Below are positions 49,199-56,828 of a stretch of 64,000 nt of DNA, in pieces. Position numbers and translations under genes: made by a program. The notes under the pieces were generated by a model. The model was given only the letters and a program-made list of their open reading frames with translations, was not told where the DNA came from and did no database searches. Numbering within the stretch: position 1 is the first letter of the stretch; each line of letters begins with the position of its first letter. Origin of the DNA: a virus (lineage: Duplodnaviria; Caudoviricetes); IMG/VR virus record IMGVR_UViG_3300032330_002145, positions 8,928-72,927 of that record; one strand, given 5' to 3'.

Positions 49199-50619
49199 GA
49201 CAATTTATTGGTAATTAATTCATTAATATTTTTATTATAATCAACAAAATGTCCTTGTGTACCATGAGAATCCATTTGATAATGTTTAATTAAATTTTGA
49301 GTTAAATAAACATCATGTTTGTACATTAAACTAAAGAATGTTGTTGACCTCTCATGTGCATGACCTGCGGTTTTAATTCCGTAAAGGTTCTCAGCAATTG
49401 GTTCAAACCACTTCATATATGAATTGAAAAAATCAACATTCATAGTACTGTTACTGGTTGAAGACCACATCATATTTGGTTTTTTTCTCATATAAGACCT
49501 AATGGTTTTTTCCAAGTCAATTTTACATACTTTTTTAATTGACTCAAATAAATCACCTGTCCATTCTTTATTGTCTATAAAATGAAAATTATTACATGGG
49601 AATGGAATATACCCAATCATTTTTTGCCCTTCGAACATTAATTTTGAAATTATACGTTGTAAATTTGGATTGATAATAATATCGTATTCAAATAAATTAA
49701 CGTATTTTTTAGTGATTAGATTATTCTTCCACAAACAGTACCAACCAGTGTAAGCGTTAAATGTTGGGTATTGTTCAATATTGAACGGTAAATTTCTAGC
49801 GATAATAACATTATCTTTTGAATCAATCTTATCAATAGATTTATTACCCAAGAAAACATATTTTAAGTTATTCAAGTTATTAAACTTACCACTTTGTTCA
49901 TATTCCAAAATAATATCTTGGTCATGACAAAAAATGAAAGTTTCACAAACATCTACGTTAGTGATATCAATAGGTAAGTTATCATTATATTTCTCAACAA
50001 ATTGTTTTCTCTTATCTTCCCATGATTGATTAGTTGCACCAATTGATAAGTGTGTTAAACGAATGTCAGTAGTTACACCAATTTTAACACCGTCCAAATA
50101 ATTTGGTGTACAAAAAGATAAATCATAAAAATGAAATCCTTCAAATTGTTCATCAAATTTATGTTTGATTTTTGTTTTATCAAAACACATAAAAAGACCG
50201 TCAATTAAAACAACTTCTTCAGGTTTATTTAATGCCTTTGAATAGGTGCTGGTCCATTTTTTACCTTCATGTTTATGATTAACAATACCATACATGGTTT
50301 GACTTACCTCCCACCATTTTGCGGATGATGGTAAAAATTTAGAACCGGCAACACCAATAATCCCAAACTCAGGATTTTTTGAAAAAACTTTTAATAGTTT
50401 ATTCCCCCAATTATTAGTTTCAAATTCGATATCATCGTGACAAAAAACACAAATATCATTTGAACTTTGGTTAATCAATTCATTATAAACTTGAGGTAAT
50501 GATTTCTCACCATTATTAACAACCTCAATAATTTCTACATTTTTTAAACCACATGTCTTTAAAACATATTCTTTAAATTGTGGTTTACTCTCTCTTGTGC
50601 TATATCCTATTGTAATCAT
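49195..50619 (-). CDS. Two-domain glycosyltransferase-like protein (GT2-like N-terminal domain plus a second GT-A-like domain)
   Basis: VFCHDD, GIIGVAG, IDGLF, FHFYD; second half contains LFEYD and HERS. Confidence 0.7.
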   Translation of the reverse strand: MITIGYSTRESKPQFKEYVLKTCGLKNVEIIEVVNNGEKSLPQVYNELINQSSNDICVFCHDDIEFETNNWGNKLLKVFSKNPEFGIIGVAGSKFLPSSAKWWEVSQTMYGIVNHKHEGKKWTSTYSKALNKPEEVVLIDGLFMCFDKTKIKHKFDEQFEGFHFYDLSFCTPNYLDGVKIGVTTDIRLTHLSIGATNQSWEDKRKQFVEKYNDNLPIDITNVDVCETFIFCHDQDIILEYEQSGKFNNLNNLKYVFLGNKSIDKIDSKDNVIIARNLPFNIEQYPTFNAYTGWYCLWKNNLITKKYVNLFEYDIIINPNLQRIISKLMFEGQKMIGYIPFPCNNFHFIDNKEWTGDLFESIKKVCKIDLEKTIRSYMRKKPNMMWSSTSNSTMNVDFFNSYMKWFEPIAENLYGIKTAGHAHERSTTFFSLMYKHDVYLTQNLIKHYQMDSHGTQGHFVDYNKNINELITNKLS

Positions 50620-51218
50620 ATTCCTGTACTCCCAAAACCGTTATTACCTCTATCTTTTTCTGTAACATCACCATTCTCAACTAACTCAACCCATTTCCCA
50701 TTAACTACAGGACATAAAACCGCTTGAGCCACTTTCATTCCTTTTGGTATCATTACTATATGATTGTTGGTATTAAAAAGAATAACTTGAATCTCTCCAT
50801 TATAACCATTATCAACAGTTCCTGGTGAATTAAGAACCATTAAACCTTGTTTGATTGCCAAACCACTTTTAGACCTAACCTGAATCTCATAACCGTCTTT
50901 GATATCAAAAGAAAGACCTGTTGGAACCAAGATTCTACCAAAAGGAGGGATTTCCAAATCCTCAACTGAATGTAAATCAAACCCAGAATCTGAAGGATAA
51001 TTATATTTTGGTGTGACCGCATCGGGATTTAACTTATGGTAACCCAAAGGTAGTTGAGTAACATCGTTAATCATTCTATCTTCCAAATCTTTAATATCAA
51101 CTCCGAACTCTCTCATGACTTCATCAACGTCAAAATTTTCACCTTCCCGTTCAATCATTTCTTTGAATTCACGTAATTGACCTGCTAAGTCATTTAATCC
51201 ATTTAATCCGTTACTCAT
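50616..51218 (-). CDS. dut: Trimeric dUTPase with an acidic N-terminal extension
   Basis: SGFDL, RSKSG, GTVDNGYNGE, VAQ, RGNNGFGSTG. Confidence 0.95.
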   Translation of the reverse strand: MSNGLNGLNDLAGQLREFKEMIEREGENFDVDEVMREFGVDIKDLEDRMINDVTQLPLGYHKLNPDAVTPKYNYPSDSGFDLHSVEDLEIPPFGRILVPTGLSFDIKDGYEIQVRSKSGLAIKQGLMVLNSPGTVDNGYNGEIQVILFNTNNHIVMIPKGMKVAQAVLCPVVNGKWVELVENGDVTEKDRGNNGFGSTGI

Positions 51219-51934
51219 GGTAATTGTAATTCTTTAAGTTTTTTTATTATTTCAATTAATACCTTAACATCTTCTTCACAGTATTTTGAAATTTCTTCTA
51301 ATTTATTTTCTTCCCAATATGCGTTGTGAACTTTATCTCCTGTAACCTCACCTTGTTTTGATGATTCAATTTCCATTGAAGCACATAGTAAATCTAATGA
51401 ACCAATTGATGAGTAGGCTCCATATTGCCAAATTTCTCTTGTATCTATGGCTTTAATCTCCCAAGGCTTTGTATCGTAAGATGGTAATATAGATGGTGGC
51501 ATCAACCCATTGATAATCATTCGTTTAGCTAACATTGGGATATCAAAATTCTTTAGATTATGACCACAAAGATGGAAATCCAATTTACCACAACGTTCAA
51601 GTAATTTCTGAACATCCTTTAATAAAGTGTATTCGTTTTCATTTGAAAATGTTTGTGTTTTAATATCACCATTATCCATAACAAAAGCAACACTCACACA
51701 AACAATCTTAGCAAATTCAGGAACAAGTCCAGCTCTTTTTTGAAAGACATAGTTCATCAAGTCTGGTTCAGAATCAATATTATCTTCAGGGAATCTTTTT
51801 AAAAACCAATCAAAATAGTTTTCAAATTGTTTTGCTAAAGAAGTGTTAAACTCAAGACATTGGTCGTAGTTATAACAACCACCAACAGTTTCAATGTCAA
51901 TAAATAAAATTTTACTAATGGGGACTCTAATCAT
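51215..51934 (-). CDS. DEDD 3'-5' exonuclease (PolB-exo-like)
   Basis: FIDIETV, GHNLKNFDIP, YCEEDV. Confidence 0.88.
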   Translation of the reverse strand: MIRVPISKILFIDIETVGGCYNYDQCLEFNTSLAKQFENYFDWFLKRFPEDNIDSEPDLMNYVFQKRAGLVPEFAKIVCVSVAFVMDNGDIKTQTFSNENEYTLLKDVQKLLERCGKLDFHLCGHNLKNFDIPMLAKRMIINGLMPPSILPSYDTKPWEIKAIDTREIWQYGAYSSIGSLDLLCASMEIESSKQGEVTGDKVHNAYWEENKLEEISKYCEEDVKVLIEIIKKLKELQLP

Positions 51935-51940
51935 GATTTT

Positions 51941-53194
51941 TTATTTTATAAGGGTTTTATACCATTCTGCTCTTTCTTTACTAACATTTTTTAAATCGTA
52001 AATGTCTTTAACTGTTTCATACAATCTCTCACCCATGTCGGTAATCATATTTGGGTTTTGAACTAACTTCTTAATATATTTTGCCCAATCGCTGTGATTT
52101 CTATTTTCATCAACCAATAATGCATTACCGTCAACAAAATTACCCTTATCTAATGAATGTTTCAAATCAATAGTGTACGGACCAACAGATGAAGCGATTA
52201 ACGCCTTTTTATAGAAACCTGCTTCAATGACTTTAAGTTGTGACTTAACTCTATTGAAAATATGATTTTTAATTGGTGCTAATGAAATATCCATCTTAGA
52301 ATAATTCATTGCGTATGATGTAACAGGTTTAGTCCAAACACGAGAATAAGGTAATGATAATGATGATTCATAATTATATTCCTTATATTCCATCAAATAT
52401 TTTTTATAGTTTTCATCAACAGTTCTATAGTTATCTGTGAAAATTGATTCGTAACTAGACCAAACTGTTTCTTCAGGTTTGATAGGTCTTTGTTTCTGTT
52501 CACCTGTCTGTTTGTTAATTTCGGTCATGGTACCACGAGTATCAAAACCACATAGAACATATTGAACTTTATCATTTAAATCACTGTTCTTATTAACAAA
52601 TCCTTCAAGTAACATTAAATCATGTAAGTGAGATGAACCTCCCAACCAACCAATACGAATTCTATCTGATTCTAAAGTAGGTTGTTTAAATTGTGGTTCA
52701 TTAGGGTCGATGGCATTTGGGAAAACAACGACATTTGAATTTATCTTTTTAATCTCATCAGCAAAAACTTTAGTTGTTGTGGTAACATAACTTGCTTCTT
52801 TTAAGTTTGCAACAATCTTTTCATGTATCTTATTTTGAACAATCAGTTGATGAATCGGATGTTCTTTTGTAGGTAACCAATAATCATCAATATCGACAAT
52901 TACTACGATACCAATAGACTTTAATAACTTAATGATATTAGGTGTATTGTCGTAGTTATTACCAATGTTTCTATGTACATGGACAATCTGATATTGTTTC
53001 CAATAGTTGATGTCATTTATTTTTGGTTCGTAATCAATATCCACATGAAAGTCATCAGGATATAAATTTTGTAACATTACATGGGGGTCAACGGAACGGA
53101 ATTTTCCTTAACCAACCCCTGTACGGTCAGATGGGAGTACGAGTACTCTAATCTTTTCACGACCATTCAGGGGCGAATCTGTTTTTTGAATCAT
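51941..53194 (-). CDS. GT-B glycosyltransferase interrupted by an in-frame TAA (53110-53108) near its N-terminus
   Basis: ATG 53194 gives MIQKTDSPLNGREKIRVLVLPSDRTGVG*GKFRSVDPHV, in frame with ORF 53077-51941 (IGWLGGSSH, DISLAP, KSQLKVIEAG). Confidence 0.75.
53078..53123 (-). other. Predicted RNA stem-loop enclosing the Gly-stop-Gly site (candidate bypass element)
   Basis: UACA/UGUA, GGGGUU/GACCCC, GG/CC, AA/UU and GGA-AAAU-UCC pairings, derived by hand. Confidence 0.5.
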
Positions 53195-54086
53195 ATTTAT
53201 TTAGTATTTCTAAAATTTTTTTATTATCGTGTTTTAGGTCACTTTCCCAAATCACTTCTAAATTATAACCAAAATTACGAATTAAATCAATCTTATCCTT
53301 ATCGTAATCCCAAATTTGTTTTGCGGTTTTACCCTTTTTCTGATTGAAATAATTTTCATCATATTTTTTCGGATTACAATGCCAATAATCACCAAAATAT
53401 TCTATAATTAAATTTAAGGATGATATGTAAATGTCACATATTTTAGTATCAACTCTATATGACTGGATAGACTGAATATTATGTTCTTTTAAAAACTGTA
53501 TTATTTCTTTTTCTTTTTTTGAGGTAATTCCGGATTTAATTTTACCCAGCCTTCTTGTTTTTTTCATATGTTCAGACATTAATTTTCTAGTTTCCTCCAA
53601 TTCCCCACTATTCCATTTCTTTTTTAAATTATCTGAAACTTTTTTTCTCCAAATAGGATTTGACATTGCATTATCATTCCCGGTTCCTTTACCTTTTCTT
53701 GTTTTAGATAATTTTATTAAAGTTTCTTTTGTATGTTTTTTTCCATAAAAAGGATTACCTTCACCTGTTTGAAGTTTTAATGAACATGGTTTACATAATG
53801 AACTTCCTTTTAATTTGTTTAAATGATTTCTACAACAAATTGTTTTGTCTTTTGATTTTGTTTGGATTGTTTGATTACAATTTGGACAAACCCTTTCTAC
53901 TGAATATTGTTTTCCATCAAATTGAAATTTTAGTTTTGAACACCTGTCTCTTTTCCTAATTAAATTATGTTTATTTAATACTTTTAGAATTGTAGGTTTT
54001 GACAGACCAACTATTTTTGAAATTTTTAAACTGCTTTTTCCTTTCTTATATTCGGAAATTATTTTGTTCTCGGTACTTTTATCCAT
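53157..54086 (-). CDS. Free-standing homing endonuclease (HTH, Cys cluster, NUMOD3 and Vsr/DUF559/EDxHD-type nuclease)
   Basis: GEGNPFYGKKHTKET (NUMOD3); DIY...IIEYFGDYWH...VIWESD; 3' end overlaps the GT start. Confidence 0.85.
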   Translation of the reverse strand: MDKSTENKIISEYKKGKSSLKISKIVGLSKPTILKVLNKHNLIRKRDRCSKLKFQFDGKQYSVERVCPNCNQTIQTKSKDKTICCRNHLNKLKGSSLCKPCSLKLQTGEGNPFYGKKHTKETLIKLSKTRKGKGTGNDNAMSNPIWRKKVSDNLKKKWNSGELEETRKLMSEHMKKTRRLGKIKSGITSKKEKEIIQFLKEHNIQSIQSYRVDTKICDIYISSLNLIIEYFGDYWHCNPKKYDENYFNQKKGKTAKQIWDYDKDKIDLIRNFGYNLEVIWESDLKHDNKKILEILNKYDSKNRFAPEWS

Positions 54087-54106
54087 AATAATTTAATTTA
54101 TAATAG

Positions 54107-54114
54107 ATAAATAT
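54107..54114 (-). promoter_or_regulatory. Putative late promoter ATATTTAT for the endonuclease/GT island
   Basis: Motif match 20 nt upstream of ATG 54086, just downstream of a terminator. Confidence 0.55.
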
Positions 54115-54146
54115 CCCGTATTATCAGAAGGTAACTTTTTTATAAT

Positions 54147-54170
54147 AAAAAACCCCACCGAAGTGGGGTT
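54147..54170 (-). terminator. Intrinsic terminator with UUCG loop
   Basis: aaccccac-ttcg-gtggggtt-tttt. Confidence 0.9.
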
Positions 54171-54178
54171 AATTTTTA

Positions 54179-54742
54179 TTATTTCAATTTTTTGATTTTT
54201 GTGACTTTTCCTTCAAAGACATGTTTACCAACTTTAAAGTTAAATTGTTCATCAGTTTTACTTGTTGATTCAACGAGTAACCCATTTTCAGATAATACTT
54301 CTCTAATAGTTTCTCTAATCATTTCTTTTAGACCCAACATCTCAAGTGATGATGGTTGTTGTTGTGGTTGTCTTGATGATTCTTGAACTTGTGTTTTTTG
54401 TGTATTACCCATTAATCTTGAAGCTTTCTCAACTAAATCATTTGATAACGTTGGACCTCCCATTGAGTTTGGTTGGTTAATTGGATGTTCAATCATTAAT
54501 CTTTTAATCTCTTCAGGTAATTTTGAAGACATGATTTTAGTTTCATTTAAATCCTGATTAACAGGTCCTTGTGATGGTAATTCACTTAAATATTCTTGAG
54601 GAATATTAACAGTTGCATCAACTGGCTCATATGATTCAAGCATTGGGGTTGAAGGTAAGCTACCTCTTGAGATGTTATTGTGACGGTCCATAATTTGTTT
54701 TGAAACCATCAATTTTTTTATTAAATCGTTTTCGTTTTGCAT
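54179..54742 (-). CDS. Hypothetical protein
   Basis: 187-aa ORF with IRETIREVLSE motif. Confidence 0.6.
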   Translation of the reverse strand: MQNENDLIKKLMVSKQIMDRHNNISRGSLPSTPMLESYEPVDATVNIPQEYLSELPSQGPVNQDLNETKIMSSKLPEEIKRLMIEHPINQPNSMGGPTLSNDLVEKASRLMGNTQKTQVQESSRQPQQQPSSLEMLGLKEMIRETIREVLSENGLLVESTSKTDEQFNFKVGKHVFEGKVTKIKKLK

Positions 54743-54745
54743 TTT

Positions 54746-55165
54746 TTAAGCTAAATTAATTTCTGGTGCTTGGTCAAAAGTTGCGTTAATAATAACTTCT
54801 GCCATTGTTTTATCGCCGTTTGGATTGTAGTTTGGTTTTGCTTCTGTAAAATTTTCACCTGTCGGTTTGAAAGATAAAATTTTATCAACTCTAAACATTC
54901 TCCATCCTGGTAATGGTTTTTTACCTAAATAACCTCTATGTGAAGCTCCTTCCATATCCCATGCTCTTAACACTGGATTACCCTTCCCAAACTTCGATTT
55001 ACTATAACCGTAACACACAGGCTCAATAGTTCTCAAACCACGACCACCTGGTTCATCACCATCGTAATAGATAACAATAACTTTTTTATTTTTTATTGCA
55101 TCTACAATGGAATCAACCGCGGCTATTTCTAAAATAAGAGATTTTGCTGTGTTGTAAAGTTTCAT
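54746..55165 (-). CDS. Stand-alone WYL-like domain protein
   Basis: IYYDG...RTIEPVCYG...LRAW...WRMFRVDKI. Confidence 0.7.
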   Translation of the reverse strand: MKLYNTAKSLILEIAAVDSIVDAIKNKKVIVIYYDGDEPGGRGLRTIEPVCYGYSKSKFGKGNPVLRAWDMEGASHRGYLGKKPLPGWRMFRVDKILSFKPTGENFTEAKPNYNPNGDKTMAEVIINATFDQAPEINLA

Positions 55166-55458
55166 TACGCAGTTGGAGTCGTGTAAGGTTTGTTTGGTTG
55201 ATATTCGTTAATAACTATCTCTTTCTTTCTTTCCGCAATGTCTTGAGCAGCACCTGCGTTTTGATTATAAACATCTAAAAATTCACCAGTACCTTTACCA
55301 AAAGCATCTCCATTAGCAAGTGCATCATTGTTAACTGATGAATAGTTATTTTGTAGATTATAATCGTTTTTAGTTAATAACTTTTTTCTCTCCATTTCCG
55401 CAATAGAAGATAAGTCATTCTTTGGTTGTTCGAAATTCAAAGGTTCTGATTGTGCCAT
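55165..55458 (-). CDS. Hypothetical protein
   Basis: 97-aa ORF with TAATG coupling. Confidence 0.6.
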   Translation of the reverse strand: MAQSEPLNFEQPKNDLSSIAEMERKKLLTKNDYNLQNNYSSVNNDALANGDAFGKGTGEFLDVYNQNAGAAQDIAERKKEIVINEYQPNKPYTTPTA

Positions 55459-55459
55459 A

Positions 55460-55930
55460 TTAAATTATTTTTTTCATTAATTCGTTTATTCTTTTTAAAC
55501 TTTCAGTTACTTGTAAGTCATAGTCTTCAATACTTGTACTATGACTCTTACTTGGTCTATTCATACTTCTCAAATCATCTTTCTGATGTGTTTGTATAAA
55601 CTGATTAGGTAATACTTCTGATTTAGTCTTCTTTCCAAGATAAATACCATCTCTCATAGAACGTAACGTATTATCAACCCAATTTTTTACATAATGCCCA
55701 CCATTAAGTATATAAGGTAAATCATTTTCATGACCATCAAAATTGTCAAAGAAGTTTTTCATTCTTTTAAGTTGTTGATAAGTAATTTCTTTACTGTCTC
55801 TTAATTCTTTGTTTCGTCTAAAACCTTCGGTATTATCATCAGCACCTTCGGCAGCGTTATAACAGTCATCTAAATAACCGACAACATCTTCAGGTAGAGG
55901 TATTTTATTTCCGTATAAATCTTTATTCAT
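55460..55930 (-). CDS. Hypothetical protein
   Basis: 156 aa; LKRMKNFF...LNGG...W; C-terminal VTESLKRINE. Confidence 0.6.
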   Translation of the reverse strand: MNKDLYGNKIPLPEDVVGYLDDCYNAAEGADDNTEGFRRNKELRDSKEITYQQLKRMKNFFDNFDGHENDLPYILNGGHYVKNWVDNTLRSMRDGIYLGKKTKSEVLPNQFIQTHQKDDLRSMNRPSKSHSTSIEDYDLQVTESLKRINELMKKII

Positions 55931-56777
55931 CTGTCTTTAAAACTTTGATTAATTGTGATACACTGATACCTTCCTTTTCTGCAATTTTTTTAATTGCTTT
56001 TAAATTTTTAAGTAATATTTTACTTACCCCTGAGTTTTCTTTTCTTGAAATTTCTTTATCATCAGTTTTTTTCTTTGTTAAGATATCCTCAACCATTTTA
56101 ACTGCTTTGTTCTTTCTTTCCTCTTCAATCTGTTCTTTTTCAGAAAGTCTTCTTTTAGTAAAACAATTTTTACATTTACCATGTTTTTTTTCTTGAGCTA
56201 AACTCTTATCCAATTTTTTAGAAAACCCTAATTTTTTCAATCTATCATCTCTTTCAATATCATCCTCAATACCCATCTTCTTAAGTATTTTTGACGCCTC
56301 ATCATAAGATTTTGCATTTTCTGTTTCAACATATCCAAATGCTTCTGAATAATCAATTTCATTCACTATGTTCTCTCCCTTTTCTTCTCCCTCACCCCAA
56401 TAAACACGATATCCTCTTGTAATAGGGTCATTTGTGATTCTGGACATACTAACAGTTTGGTCCATCGTTTTATGTGGAGTTAACGTCATATTCAAGAATG
56501 GTATGTTTGAACCTAAAAAACTTCCGTCATAATCAATTAGTTCTCCTAACTCACCATCAACCTCTTTTTTTGAAACTTTTTCTTTTGAATTTAAAACTTT
56601 ATTAATTGCTTTTTTAAGTTTTTCTTCAAACTTTTTATCTACGACTATTTTTTTGTCTTTTTTTCTTGATTCCGTAAGAGTGTTCGCCACTGAATAATAA
56701 ACGTCAATTTTATCTCCTTTATCTTTCAAGAAGAAATAACAATTATTTCTGAAGTATTCAGTATTATATTTAATCAT
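55923..56777 (-). CDS. Hypothetical Lys/Glu-rich protein
   Basis: 284-aa ORF, first gene of the leftward block. Confidence 0.6.
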   Translation of the reverse strand: MIKYNTEYFRNNCYFFLKDKGDKIDVYYSVANTLTESRKKDKKIVVDKKFEEKLKKAINKVLNSKEKVSKKEVDGELGELIDYDGSFLGSNIPFLNMTLTPHKTMDQTVSMSRITNDPITRGYRVYWGEGEEKGENIVNEIDYSEAFGYVETENAKSYDEASKILKKMGIEDDIERDDRLKKLGFSKKLDKSLAQEKKHGKCKNCFTKRRLSEKEQIEEERKNKAVKMVEDILTKKKTDDKEISRKENSGVSKILLKNLKAIKKIAEKEGISVSQLIKVLKTDE

Positions 56778-56779
56778 TG

Positions 56780-56827
56780 TTTTTTTATCAATAAATACTT
56801 CGTAACAATGTATTTATCAATAAAAAA
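56780..56827. promoter_or_regulatory. Divergent pair of GTATTTAT motifs in an imperfect inverted repeat
   Basis: Minus copy 56798-56791, plus copy 56810-56817; arms tttttttatcaataaatac and gtatttatcaataaaaaag. Confidence 0.6.
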
Positions 56828-56828
56828 G

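Noticed and set aside
53105-53110. TAAGGA as a Shine-Dalgarno for re-initiation at ATG 53077
   Set aside because: The 27-nt spacing is too long, the likely host rarely uses SD, and that product would lack the first GT-B strand; not fully excluded
53100-53125. Group I intron at GGT/TAA, which resembles the T4 td 5' splice junction
   Set aside because: Only 6 extra nt are present, there is no catalytic core, and no in-frame excision has both a U-ending 5' exon and a terminal G; the downstream sequence is GT coding
56808-56828. ORF-track start MYLSIKK for the 946-aa protein
   Set aside because: That ATG overlaps the GTATTTAT promoter motif; ATG 56829 is more plausible
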